NCBI RefSeq assembly: GCF_009914755.1
Contig: NC_060931.1
DNA: 64,000 nucleotides
Direction: 5' to 3' (one strand)
DNA from: the human T2T-CHM13v2.0 reference genome, Homo sapiens
The position numbers and the translations under genes are program-made. The notes beneath the pieces were generated by a model. The model had not been told where the DNA came from. It was given only the letters and a program-made list of their open reading frames with translations, and made no database searches. This document shows positions 1-12,568 of the stretch, one piece after another. Each line of letters begins with the position of its first letter. Position 1 is the stretch's first letter.

Positions 1-735
1 GAAATTTATAAAACAATACAATTTACAGTAACATCAGAGAAATATTTACTCTTTAAAGATAAATGGAATAAAATATGTGCAGGATCAGTACACTGAGAGC
101 TATAAAATATTGATGAAATTAAAGAAGTCCTGAATAAAGCAAGAGGCTGGACGTGGTGGCTCATGCCTGTAATCCCAGCACTTTGGGAGGCTGAGGCAGA
201 AGGACCACTTAAGCCCAAGAGTTCAAGACCAGCCTGTGCAAAACCTATCTCTACAAAAAGGCAAAAACCTGTCTCTACAAAAAATACAAAAAATTAGCCA
301 GGTGTGGTGGCACACACCTGTAGTACCTGCTACTGGGAGGCTGAGGTGGTAGGATCACCTGAGCCCAGGGAGCTCAAGGCTGCAGTGAGCCATGATCGTG
401 CCACTGTACTCCAGCCTGGAAGACAAAGTGAGACCCTGTCTCGAGAAAATAAAACAAAATAAATCAAGAGACTGGAAGACTATGTGTTGTTAATGTGAAT
501 TCTTCCAAATTGATCTATAAATTTAATGTAATCCCAAGAAATGTCACAGTGTTTTAGGAATTACCAAGCTAATTCTACAACATATATGGATATACAAAAA
601 ACCTGAAATAGACAAAACAAATGTATTAAAAGAAGGACAAAGTTGGAAGACTCACACTCTCTGATTTTAAGACAGTATAAAAGTAGAAGAATCAAAAAAG
701 TGTGACACCAGTATCAAGCTGGGTATAAAGATCAG
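1..735 (+). mobile_element. Old L1 (L1M-type) ORF2 fragment, interrupted by an Alu
   Basis: A-rich L1 ORF2-like text (e.g. ccaaattgatctataaatttaatgtaatccc; aaagttggaagactcacactctctgattttaagac) on both sides of the Alu. Confidence 0.8.
145..463 (+). mobile_element. Alu (AluJ-like)
   Basis: ggctggacgtggtggctcatgcc start, dimer, A-tail; internal ~20-bp duplication at 240-283. Confidence 0.92.
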
Positions 736-903
736 TGGAGCCATGGCCACAAGGAAACACCTCAGCTTCCCCTGAGTTACAGGCTGGTGGTGGAGCAGAG
801 TTCACCTGAAAGAAATTGTGGTGCTGCTAATAAGGGCAAAACATATACGCTTGCTGGACAGGCAAATAGCCGTGTTCAGGCCACATGGGATAGCAGGAAA
901 TGA

Positions 904-1218
<315 letters not shown>

Positions 1219-1311
1219 AGCCTCTGAAATGACGACTTTTTTATGAAAAAAGATATTGTGGGAAGGAAGCAGTAAATGGTGGCTACAAGACAAAGCATAA
1301 GGCAGAGAGGG

Positions 1312-1811
1312 TGTGTTAGGCAGGGTTCTCCAGAGGAAGACAGCCAATAGGATGTGTGTGTGTGCATGTGTGTGACAGAAAGAGGGAGTGTGTGTGTGTG
1401 TGTGTGCACGTGTGTGTGTGCATAGAGAGAGAGGAACTGGCTTCCACAATATGGATCTGGCAAGTCAAGTTTATAGAGCAGGCCAGCAGGCTGGAAATTC
1501 ACCAAGAGTTGATGTTGCAGTCTTGAGTCTAAATTCTGCAGAGCAACAGGCTGGAAACTCAGGCAAGATTTTTATGTTGTAGTCTGGAGACAACATTCCT
1601 CTTCCTGGGGTACCACAGCCTTTTCTCTTACGGCCTTCGACTGATTGGATGAGGTCCACCACATTATGGAAGGTCATCAGCTTTACTCAAAGTCTACTGA
1701 TTAAAATCTTAATCTCCTCTAAAAAATACCTTCACAGCAACATCTAGACAGGTGTTAAAACAACTGGAGATCATAGCCTAGACAAGGTGGCACATAAAAC
1801 CAACCATCACA
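1312..1811 (-). mobile_element. ERVL LTR, MLT2 family (MLT2D-like), with internal (TG)n
   Basis: tgtgttaggcagggttctccaga...ctgattggatgaggtccaccacattatgg...aaccatcaca. Confidence 0.85.
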
Positions 1812-2402
1812 GAGGACAGATGGAGTTGGAAATCCTGATGATGGTAAATTTTATTGTTCTTTCTGAGCTTGGGAACACTAATGGGGAGTGGAAGAGCAAT
1901 GGCACAAGTTGAGTTTGTAATCGACTATAACACAATGTGGTGCCTTAATTAGCCTTTAATCATGAATAAGGAATGACTTCAGGATAAGAGAAATGTTGGA
2001 TGAAATGCTCCATCCCATGTTGTCCACCTTGAGGGAGAAGAGAGAAGCAGCTTCATGTCAGCCACTGGCTGCATGTGAGGACCACCCACATGGTCCTCAG
2101 GAGAAGATGGTAGCATGATCAGATAACTGTGAGGCTTCCAGCCTCTCCAACACTCCAGGCATGCATGAGGCATGTTCTAAATGATTTGGTTGGATTTTTA
2201 TGTCTACCATGCAAAATAGGTGGCATTATCTTCACATTACAATTAAGGAAACTAGAGTGAAGAGAGTTTAAGATCACAGGGCTAGTAAATGACTGAGTAA
2301 GGCTATTAATAAGTCCCAGGTAAGGCTAAAATCCAAGTAGAATGCAGCAGCCCTCCCTGGCTCCCCTGCAAGAGCTTTTCCATGGCTCCAGGTAGGATGT
2401 AC

Positions 2403-2484
2403 TCTTAAGAGTAAAGCTGCCGACTGCAGGGCGATAGCTGCTCCCGGCTGGCAAACCTCCCATCTCATTATATGAGGAAGTGAT
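2403..2484 (-). pseudogene. Candidate exon, FN3 C-terminal half-like
   Basis: acceptor ctgattctccctctcAG; reads ITSSYNEMGGLPAGSSYRPAVGSFTLK (resembles the FN3 Y..xGLxPGxxYxxxV motif); weak donor GTACAT. Confidence 0.3.
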
Positions 2485-3297
2485 CTGAGAGGGAGAATCA
2501 GTCTCCTTACTGATGTTAGCATTAGACTGATGTCTAACCACATTCTGGAAGGCTGGAGGAAAGGAAAAGGCCCTTCTTCTCTCTCAACTATTCCCACCCA
2601 GTGCATGCAGAGACAGATCACCCAGATGGGGAGCCTCTTGTTGGAAAGGAAGAACAGTCATTGCCCCTGCTCAGTGCCGTACAGTCAGCCTGGAGGACAG
2701 AGCCAGAGGAGAGAGCTCTGACTTCTTAACTCAATACATTGTTCCAGGAACAAGCCGGCAGTCCAGAATTTCAGTGGCACTAAGAGGAATACTTAATTTG
2801 TCATCCCAGTTGCTGACATCATGGGTTAGGGGCCTGTCACTCTGAGAGGTCTCCACCTGCTCTGACCCAGCAGGGTTCCTTCACCCTCAGCATTTGAGGT
2901 CCCTTCTTCATACCTCTGGACTAGGTTCACACCAGACAGGCTCTCACTAGCTGGAAAGAAACCTGAACTAGGACTTCTCAGGGCTGAAAAATCAGTAAGC
3001 CCTATTTAATATCATGGTCAAATATGTTAATCATAACAACCATTTAATAAATGTATGTGCCAGGTACCAGACTGGCACACTTAACCTTTGCAATAATACA
3101 CTGAGGTTGCTATTATTTTCCTTATTTTGTGGATTAACATACTGAAATTCATAGGAACTAACTTGCTCATGGTTGTTCAACTAAACCTTGTAATTAACTC
3201 AGCCTTAACTCCCAGATCTGACTTGCAATCTTTGAGGGTAGAAAGGAGGTCTAAAACTAATGATAACAACCATGACTATCATTTTTCTGTAGCTTAC

Positions 3298-3409
3298 CAA
3301 AAATTAAAAATTTAAGAAAAGAAAATCTTCAAACCTAACCCTCATTAAATGCCTCATGGGTCAGGTACAGGCTACACTTATTGACATCCCTATTTTATTG
3401 CAATGACCA
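3298..3409 (-). pseudogene. Candidate exon (112 nt), EGF_CA-start-like
   Basis: acceptor tttctctttttcaatctacAG, donor G|GTAAGC; contains GHC and, in another frame, RDVNKCSL. Confidence 0.4.
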
Positions 3410-3936
3410 CTGTAGATTGAAAAAGAGAAATCGGTTATTAACCAACTATCATGGAGTAGGATCAGTCCCAGGATGGACTTGTAACTCAACAGCTTAGAGA
3501 GCACTGAGAGTTGAGGAACTGATCCTGAGAGTGGTGGAGATCTTCAAAGAAGGACAGATATTTATACTTGGCCTTGAAGGTGAAGTATTTTTTCTGTAAA
3601 CAGAGTAGATCATGTAGCATTTACAGACACCATTCTAAGAACCAGGCATGGAGTAAAGGCATGGAGGGAAGAAAAAAAACAGAGATGGTATCCAAAGAAT
3701 GACAAGTAGAATGCATGTGTAGAGAGGAGGTGCATAGCAGAGCCGATCAGGGAGTGTTAGCATTGGGAGTGACAAAAGATAAGTAGGTTGGGAACAAAGT
3801 GCAAAGTACCCTGAATGTCTTGCTAAGGAGTCTATTTAATAAAGAAGAGGCAGTACATAAGGAGTACAAACAGAATGACTTTCAATTAAGTAGTTAATAG
3901 TGATGATGATACAAATCCCTGACATTTCATCAAACT

Positions 3937-4118
3937 GCATTAGTCAGGGTACACTAGTTTATGCTTGATAACAAAGAAGCCCCAATATCCCTTTGGCTTT
4001 GCACAACAGAAATTCACTTATCCACTTCCAATTAAAGCAGAGGAGTGTCCTGATGGCACAGCGCTGCCACTGTTCAAGCAGTGCCTGGAAGACCCAGGCA
4101 ACTTCCAAAGTATACATT
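3937..4118 (-). mobile_element. Old MaLR LTR fragment (MLT1J/K-like), cut by MER4
   Basis: tgcattagtcagggtacactag...gcacaacagaaattcactt. Confidence 0.55.
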
Positions 4119-4931
4119 TGTCATTCCAACTCTGTAAAATAAAGAGGCTTATTCTGAGCCAAATAGGAGTGACTATGGCCTGAGGCACGGTCTCAAGAGG
4201 TTTTGAGAGCATGCCCAATGTGGCTGGGTTACAGCTTGGTTTTTACATGTTTTAGGGAGACATAAGACATCAATTAATATATGTAAGGTATATATTGGTT
4301 CTGTCTGGAAAAGCAGGAAAGCTCAAAGCGGAGGCTTACAGGTCACAGGTGGATTCAAAGATTTTTCTGATTGGCAGTTGGTTGAAAGAGTTAAGTTATT
4401 ATCTAAGGATCTGGAACCAATAGAATGGAGCTCCTGAGTTAAGATAAAGCCTGTGGAGACCAAGGTTCTTATTATGCAGATGAAGCCTCATAGGTGGCTG
4501 TCCTCAGAGGCAATAGATGGCAAATGGTTGTCATTCAGACCCTTAAGGATACTAGACTCTCAGCTAATTTCTTCAGGATTATAAAATGTAAATTTCCCCC
4601 ACAAGAGACAGCTTTGCAGGGCCATTTTAAAATATGTTAAAGAAACATATTTTGGGGTAAAATATTTGATTTCTTTCAGGTCCTGCTATCTGTCATGTTG
4701 GTATCTTATTGCTGCGAAGAGTCTCCTTTGTCAGTCTTAAGATCTCTGTTTCAATGTTAACGTTGGTCAGTTGTGCTTGAATTCCAAAAAGAGGAGAGTA
4801 TAATGAGGCATGCCTGACCACCCTGCCCATCATGGCCTGAACTAGTTTTTCAGGTTTCTTCAAAATCTCTTTGCCTGGGACAAGGGGTCCATTCTGTTGG
4901 TTGGGGAACTTAGAATTCACTTTTGGTTTCA
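4119..4931 (-). mobile_element. ERV1 solo LTR, MER4 family
   Basis: reverse strand reads tgaaaccaaaag..aattctaag..aaacctgaaaaactagttcaggccatgatggg...; also tttagggagacataagacatcaat. Confidence 0.85.
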
Positions 4932-5279
4932 ATCCCAACATGCGGCCCCATGGCTGCCACAGCAGATAAGAGTCAGAAGTGACACCTGAGAACTCTGCTC
5001 ACAGCCTGGTGGCTGGAGGCACTCACGTGACAGTGTCTGCCTGCATGAGGTCTGGGGAGGAGACTCTTCCATATGTCAGCAAGGAGTGGAGAAGAGAACA
5101 AGTGAGTTTGAGGGAGCTCTACCACAAACACGAGTGATTTACATTTTTATTTGGCTCAGTCTCTGCCGACATGAGCATGCTGAGTGTCAAACATTTCTCT
5201 AACGCTTCTTTTCTTGTCATTTTAATTTGTGATTTTGGTTTCAGGACAAATATTGCTTTTCACATACTTGGCAACTTAC

Positions 5280-5316
5280 TTATTTGGATTACAGAGTGGC
5301 CTTCACTTAGTATTCA
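5280..5316 (-). pseudogene. Candidate 37-nt exon
   Basis: strong acceptor ccttttctttcaAG and donor AA|GTAAGT; *ILSEGHSVIQI, phase 0 to 1, matching the phase-0 end of the 961-nt exon. Confidence 0.4.
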
Positions 5317-5550
5317 CTTGAAAGAAAAGGAATATTTTTAAATAGTCATTCTATTGATTTAGTAGCAGCACTGTAACATAAAAGAAAAATGTTCTGAAAA
5401 AGATCTTGCCATGTGGTTAGGGATTGCAGATTCCAGCCTCCTAAATCCCAGTTGACATAGCACAGAGAACTTCAACACAGAGAATCCAATTTTTGCTTCT
5501 CCAGCCTCCACCTTTAACTCTGCCTGACACACTCCTGACCACATTCTCAC

Positions 5551-6511
5551 CTGTCCACAAGGGTGACCTGTAATCTCCCCTGTGCTTCCTTCCTCCTCCA
5601 GGTGTCTTCATAGTTCTCTGGTGCCCAGCCCTTCTGGTGCCAGAGGGTGTTTAGCTTGCTGCTGTAGAGTCCAGTCTAGTGTCTATGGCTGCGTCTCCAG
5701 GCATCTGGCTTGGGTTTACCTTCCCTACTCTCCCACATTTTGTAAGGACTTGACAGTCACCCAAGATTCTACTCCCAACCTGGTCCCCTCATCTTCAAAA
5801 TGATAAGTGCATTTAGAAGCCACTTCTACCCACATCCATCGACAAGCATGAGGTCAGTGTGGGAGTTTATACTGACAATCGCTACTACTGAGAAACTGGG
5901 GTAGGAGAACTTAAAGTCCAAGTTCAGTATCCAGGGCCAGGAGATGTACACTCAGGGATGCCTCGTCTCTGTTACTTGAAAAGAATCCAGTTCTGAGCTC
6001 CTCTTTTTCAAGGTTAGCAAGAGCACCCATCACTCGTGAGGTCTCTCTTGTGATTTCCATGAGTGGCACTAGAACCCCAGGGCTTACATGATTCTGGATG
6101 AGTGTGGGGCTCTCTCTTGTGACCACAGCATCTCTAAAGGCCAAGTGTCCTTGTTCAAGTGTCCTCCTCCATCCTAGGTCAAACACTGCTGCCCCGGGTA
6201 GACGGAGGGAAGACCCACTGATCTCTTTCCAAATTGGATGTATTCCTTCTACTCCCAGAGTCCCTCTGCTTGTGATAGACACTACAGGCATTCTCTGGGA
6301 TCTGTCCACGAGTGTGAGGTCATCTTCCAGAACGTGTGGAACCCAACACCCCATTTCCTATCCCATCCAGGGGAACCCAACACCTTTGAATTGTCTGGCT
6401 ACACCACATCTTACTTGAAAACCACCAAAGTTTCCCCTAAGTCGATTTTTCTTGATTCCACGAAGGGTCCTATAGCCCTGAAAAATGGAGACCTCCCCAC
6501 TGGGATTACTC
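5551..6511 (-). pseudogene. Candidate large exon (961 nt)
   Basis: acceptor ttgcatttcttgccctcAG, donor CAG|GTGAGA; frame 6510 to 5911 is 200 codons with one internal TAG and contains track ORF 5911-6354. Confidence 0.55.
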
Positions 6512-6997
6512 CTGAGGGCAAGAAATGCAATAGTAATCTCTTATGTCACCAAGAATGGCCAATGGGCTTCTTCTCAAAGAACACAAATTAATATACACCT
6601 TGAGTTGGCATGCCCTGCTACTTGAACTTTCCGTGATTTCATCTCATTACGCTGTGCTGGGAAAAGAACCCACAACTACAAGACACAGCACCTTCCACTG
6701 AGTGCCTTTTAGGCATCCAGCACATGTATCAGGCATAGTCTTGATAATCCTGACAAATTCCCTCGAAGCCAGGAATGTTTTCTTCCCCATTTTATAGATA
6801 AGAAAAGGGCAGCTCAGACAAGGAGGATTCGTAAGCTCATAGGTCCTGAATCAGGATGTATACTCGGGCCTCCACACTGGTCAGGAGTTGCTGACCAACA
6901 CAGGGTCTCACTGCCTGGGACCCCAGACTCACCACCCAGCTGCACCCACCAGGAGTGATGGGGCCTTGGCACCTCCTAAAGCTCTATGGCCACATTT

Positions 6998-7424
6998 CCA
7001 GATAAGAAGACAGACAGACAGACAGAGAGAGAGAGAGAGAGAGATTGATTTACTTTAAGGAATTGGCTTACAAAGTTTTGACAGCTGGCAAGTCTGAAAT
7101 CCTTAGGGCAGGCCAGCAGGCTAAAAATTCAGGTAAAAGCCTTGAATCTGAAATCTGCAGAGGAGACCCAGCAGGCAGGGATTTTATCTTGTAATCTTGA
7201 AGCAGAATTGCTTCTTCTTCGGAAAACCTCCATTTTTGTTCTCAAGGTCTTCATCTGATTGAATGAGGCCCACCCACATTACAAAGGGTCATCTTCTTTA
7301 CTCAAAGTCTACTGATTGAAATTGAATCACCTCTAAAGAAAATCTGCATAGCAATATCTAGACTAGTACTTGAGCAAACAACTAGGCACCATGGCCTGGC
7401 CAAGTTGGTTCAAAATTAACCATA
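6998..7424 (-). mobile_element. Second MLT2 (MLT2D-like) LTR with (GA)n
   Basis: same motifs as 1312-1811: ctggcaagtctgaaatcc...gaggcccacccacatt...aaattaaccat. Confidence 0.8.
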
Positions 7425-7654
7425 GTCCCTGTGCTAAGAGGACAGAGAAAAATGAGGTTGCAAGTGTTTTTCTACTTAAGATGGCTCCCTCTGACAGTCG
7501 CAAGCATGACTGGGAAGCCATCTAGTCTGCAGGTGCCAGGTGGAGCTTGGAGTCCAGGCTGGCTCAGACTCTGTGCTGGCTCCGTCCGGCTGTCCTGACT
7601 CAAGGATCCAGCTGAGGACACCCTCTAGTTGCAGGCTTTCAACTTGGGGACTTT

Positions 7655-8270
7655 TTCTTTCAATTTGTTTGGTTTTGTTTCCAGATATTTGAGGATGTAT
7701 TTATTCTGCTTTAAATACACTCAAACCGTTGCAACGCTGCCATGCTTTCATATATTCTGGGGTTCTGACTTATGCTGTCTTTAATCACTTTCCCTCTTTC
7801 CATCCATCTTGCTAATCTCCAAGTTTACTGCTTTCATTTTTTCCATTTTTTAACTATCTATTCATGACAAGCAGTGTCTTCATAGTTATGAGCCTTTGTT
7901 TATAACCCTTATATTCATTTAGCTCTTTCTCAGCTCCATGGGTATTTTTCTCTGTCCTCTGTCCTAGAATTTCATTTCTTTTATGATTTGTTTCTAGGCC
8001 AATTTTCTGTCTCACTAGCTTGAGTCATCTTTCCCTGCTTTTGTGGAGACGTTTATTTAGTGCATTGGTTTTTAAATTTTGTATTTTAACTGTTCCTCCT
8101 TTTCATCATTTATTTTAGTCTATTTTTTTCTACTCAATTCTGATAGCACTTTTGCTTTAATGATTACTTCCTTTATTATTTCTGTTCATGATTATTTCTC
8201 TTATTATTTTCTCAAAATTTATTTTTATTATTTATTTTTATATGTCTGTTTGTCTCTTTCATGTGAAAGC
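7655..8270. mobile_element. Highly diverged T-rich segment, probably old antisense L1
   Basis: composition only; no diagnostic motif securely recognised. Confidence 0.35.
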
Positions 8271-8602
8271 TAGGGCTTGAATGTGGCTGTAGCCAAGGCA
8301 GGACAAGAATTTTGGCACACATGCTAACATAAACTGCATTCTTATTATCTTCTGTATTTTTTCATTTAAATTCAGTGTCTATTTTATACATGGTACTATC
8401 CTTAAATCACAGAGATGTATCCTCATGGAACAAGGCAAGAGTGGTTATGAAGCCCCTGCCTGGAGAAGAGATTGTGCAAAAGTGGACTGGCTGAGGCGGT
8501 GCTTCTCAGGGGAGTCCCCTAGGGAGGCTGCTAGTCAGTGTTATTCCTGCGCCCGCCCAGCCTCCTGCCCCAGATCTTGAAATGTCCCCAGATGGCTCAT
8601 GT

Positions 8603-8949
8603 TCACAGAAGGTCCGAAGCCCCCAGTTGTAAGTGTCTCTTGCCTCCCACTGGCTTCCCATCCCCCCACTTTGTGTACCCCCACAAGAGACCCCCACCCC
8701 ACTGGGCACTGAGACTCCCAGAGCTCTTCAAGGTGGGCTTCTTTCCCATGACATTCCAGTTCTTTGCCAAGTGGAGGGGGCTGGTGCTGAGCCGCTGAAA
8801 CCATGTTGTTACGACCAAGATATCATGGGTCTGATCTCTGTGCTCCCTGGAAGGGACTGAGTACCCAAACACCCATCCACCCTTGCTTGCAGTCTGGGTT
8901 GCAGTCTGACCAGGAGCAGGGCAGACGGCTGCAGTCTCAGGCCGGGAGC
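8603..8949 (-). pseudogene. Candidate exon (5' part), low-complexity or disordered peptide
   Basis: acceptor ctaagaatctctctcAG; phase-1 frame open for 114 codons (SRPETAAVCPAPGQTATQTASKGG...); no donor identified. Confidence 0.3.
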
Positions 8950-9408
8950 CTGAGAGAGATTCTTAGTCCCCAGTTACTCCCCAGGAGCAGCACCGTGGTA
9001 CCAAGCCCAGAACGGGCAAGGTGGGAGAGTGAAGATGTGCGGTCAAGAAAGCCCCAGAACTCCCTGAGACCGTGGACAGCTGAGGCCTGAGGAGTTTCTA
9101 GAACCTCAGCAGCTGCAGAGGCATCTGGGCTGATTCCACAGCCTGTCCCCTGGAGCTTCCAAGCCAATGCTGGAACCAGGTCTAGACTGGGAGCCTTGTA
9201 AGAAACTGAACGATGTAAAACGTGCCAAGAGTGTACTATTTGATTAAAGGAGAGAGGAGATAAGAAAATATCCAGGAAGCAGATGCTGTTACCCAGCTTC
9301 TCATCTCAATAAAAAACATGAGATGAGGATTAATCTTTTATAACCTGGTTACCATTCCCCAGGCCCAAAGTTGATCACTCTCAAGGATAATGAATGAATT
9401 TATATCAC

Positions 9409-9796
9409 TGTCTTAGTCAGTCAGGGCTGCCATACAAAGCACCACAGACTGGGGGCTTAAACCACAGACATTTATTCTCTCCCTGTTCTGGAGACCGGAA
9501 GTCCAAGATCAAGGGGCGGCTGGGGCGTTTTCTGCCGAGGCCTCGCTCCTGGCTTTGTAGATGCCATCTTCTCCCTGTGTTCTCATGTGGTCTTCCCTCA
9601 TGTGTGTCTGTGTCCTCATCTCTTCTTACAAGGGCACAGCCCTATGGGGTTAGGGCCTGCCATGTGACCTCATTTTTACCTAGTCACACATTTAAAGACC
9701 CCATCTACAAACACACAGTCACATTGTGAGGTCCTGGGGGGTTGGGACTCCAACATATGAATTTGGCTTGGCAGGGAGACATAATTCAGCCCCTCA
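9409..9796 (-). mobile_element. MaLR LTR (MLT1A/C-like)
   Basis: tgtcttagtc..gggctgccat...gaagtccaagatcaagg...ataattcagccc. Confidence 0.85.
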
Positions 9797-10365
9797 TAAG
9801 TGCAAAATATAAAGTCATAGAATGTATTCTCTGCCAACTCAATCTGATCCCAATTCCTCAAGCTCATTGAACACATCTGCTGAGCGTCACCATACTCAGT
9901 CTGTTCTGGGAGGTGAAACACAGTCCTGTCTCCTCCTCCCATGAGTGCTTCCTGCTTCTTTGCCTCCTGCTGTGTCTCTGCCTTAGCCAGTTCCAAACTG
10001 CCGCCTTCCCCATGGTACTGGCCTCATCCCCGCTTCTTATCTCCTTCAGAATTATCTTTTAGAAGTGTTTGTTTTCTGTTTTCATGTTTCCTTTAGTCTT
10101 CTATTATAAAACTCCAAGCTAAGAAAATATGATTCCAAACCATGAACTCTAGCCAGAAGGCACCCATTGAATGGTCACCAGATGATAAAGTAACCATTAC
10201 ATCAAAGATAATCTGTCAAGTAAAGCTTCTTAATCTGAGTTTCTCACCAGTTGAACAAGAAGGGAAATAAAAATTACAAATTCCTTTTTCCCAAGTAAGC
10301 ATATTAATTTTCCCTCTGGAAAAGTCCTCTGGGGAGACTTTGAACACATATTGACTGAAATTCAC

Positions 10366-10485
10366 AGCAGTCTTGAAGACCAACACCAGGCAACAGAAGT
10401 TGTAGCCAGAAGTGTCCCATTCAGCCCATTATCCTAGGACATTTTTGCATACAGTATTTGGACATTTGTTTCCTCCAGCCTTTTC
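10366..10485 (-). pseudogene. Candidate 120-nt exon, calcium-binding EGF-like
   Basis: acceptor gtggtttcttAG, donor GTGAAT; GGNKCPNTVCKNVLG*...SGYNF in one frame, ...GVGLQDC in the exit frame. Confidence 0.45.
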
Positions 10486-10869
10486 CTAAGAAACCACGAA
10501 TAGTGTTGCCGTTTTAAAAATTCAGTATCAGAGGTCCTTTACAGAAGTTTTTCACTTCTGGACAGAGAGGTCAATGACTTCCACTCTTGTCCCTCTGTGA
10601 CCTCATCCCGCTATGGCCCTGAAGAACCTTCTGTGATTTCACAAAACTTCATGCTTGTCCTAACCCATAAGCAAGTGTAGCCATGGGGTACCCCCATGGG
10701 CCCAATGGTCAGTGAGAGAGGGGAGGGCTTGGCCCTAGCAAGAGGATTGAGAGTGCACCTTCCCACAGGTTTTAGAGCCAGGCAGCACTGCCTGGTTGAC
10801 CCCTTCAGATTTGATTAATGTCATCAAAAATAGCAAAAGCAGCAACAAGGATGCCTCCCGCTTAGAGAA

Positions 10870-11375
10870 TGTAGCAGGATGAGCCGCAGACAAAACCCCA
10901 CAGACACCGAGGTAGTAAAGGAAGTGGCTTTAATCAGCTGGAAGCATTGGCAGACTAACGTCTCAAAATTCGAGCTTGTTGAGTGCACAATTTCTGTCCC
11001 TTTTAAGGGCTCACAATGCTAAAGGTTTCACATAAGAGGGTCGTGATTGATTGAGCAACCTAGGGGGGTACGTGACAGGGGCTACATGTACCAGTAATCA
11101 GAGTGAAACAGAACAGAATGGAAAGTTTCACAATGTCCTTCCATACAATGTCTGGAATCTATGGATAACATCAGTTGCTAGGTCATTGGTTGAATTTTAA
11201 CTATCAGGCTAAGTTCAGGCAGGCCCAGGCCTGGTTTGGGGTCTGGTTTTGGGTCTGGGGCCTGGTGCCGGGCTACCTGCCTTTGGTTTCACTTCCTTGT
11301 TTCTTCTTAAAACAGTTACTGAGTATAAAACAATATAGAACAATATGGGGGGGGGTCTCTTTCTCTCTTCTCTCA
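10870..11375 (-). mobile_element. ERVK HML-6 solo LTR (LTR3-like)
   Basis: reverse strand tgagagaagagag..accc..catattgttctatattgttttatactcagta...ctgctaca; AGAAT at both ends. Confidence 0.8.
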
Positions 11376-12075
11376 AGAATCCTACTTAGGGGTCATTCAT
11401 GATGCAAACCCTTTTGGCTAGTCATTTCATCCTTGACAATAAGCCTGCAAGGCATTTAGATGTCTGTGGCAAAGAGAAGTGTTACCAGCTAAGATCAAAC
11501 AGTATAAGTAAGCATGAGTAGGGAGGAGGCAGAGGAGCATCTGGGATTGGAGCTGAGGTACACCTGTCAAGGAGCCCACTGGGGGAGGCCCCAGATCTGA
11601 ATAAGGTGGCTTTCCAGCTCTGGTGACAGGCAACCAGCAGGAGCACCCATCACTTCCCTCCTTCCTGTTGGTCTAGGTAGCTAACTTCTCTGGGCCTCAG
11701 TTTCCTCAACCGTGATCTGTACATCATGACCCATGCCTCATGGGTGGAGGGAGAGGGGTAAAGGGCTTGGGCAGTGTCCCGCTCAGGATCTTGCACACTG
11801 CAGTTGCTCCATAATCCCCTCGTCCCACCCCTAATTTCAAAAGAGAGACTTGTGTGTCTCCAAGCTCTGGGCTTGCTTCACCCAGGGCTCACTCTCCAAA
11901 GAGGTGAGCCTCTTTCCTCCTTCCAGTTCCACTCCTTCCTCCTTGGGTGTTGCCAGTGTCCCAGCAGACTTAACGCCATGCCTGCCTTGATTAAGGAATG
12001 CAAGCTGCCAAGGGGAGGGCAAAGGAAACTTAACCCCCACTGTTTGCCGAGCCTTCCTTCACTCCCACAGCTTAC

Positions 12076-12238
12076 CTGGAGGGAGCAGCCAGGCTTGGTC
12101 CCAGCCCTTCATCACCTTTTGTGACAGTGTGAAGCTACGATGCACTGCTCCTCTGTGCCCCTCACCCCATCCCTGCCTCTCCACCCTAACATCCATGAAG
12201 CAACTGGGCCACAGGCAGCTGGAACCCATTATAGTTAT
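12076..12238 (-). pseudogene. Candidate exon with mutated acceptor (AG to AA)
   Basis: cttccttcttgctccAA, perfect donor CAG|GTAAGC; open frame, phase 0 to 1. Confidence 0.35.
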
Positions 12239-12568
12239 TTGGAGCAAGAAGGAAGCCTGCCCCAAACCACTGATTTCTAGGAACCTCAGTCTTGATTCCA
12301 GGAATGCTGTTTGTGGTAGAAGCATGACAGTGCCATATCGCTGAAGGCTGCATCTCCTTGCACAGACTCCCAGCTCAGAGCGCAGCCCCAAGGCCTCTGC
12401 GTGCTGCCCCTAATTTGACTCAGCCCCTTCTCACATTTAGTAGCTTATTTTTAGGGTGAGTGTCAAAGCTAGATGTCTCTGTAGATACTCCTTCTCTAAT
12501 TTTGGCTCTCCCTCCAGCATAAGCCTGGAGCTGGGGACAAGAGCTGAGCTGAAAACCTCTGGCCTCAC

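Noticed and set aside
760-805. Possible further exon after acceptor tttctttcAG
   Set aside because: Weak donor, short, next to L1; no supporting motif.
6238-6591. Plus-strand 117-aa ORF with faint Ty3/gypsy-like PNTFEL
   Set aside because: No other integrase or chromodomain motifs; better explained as the antisense shadow of the minus-strand exon.
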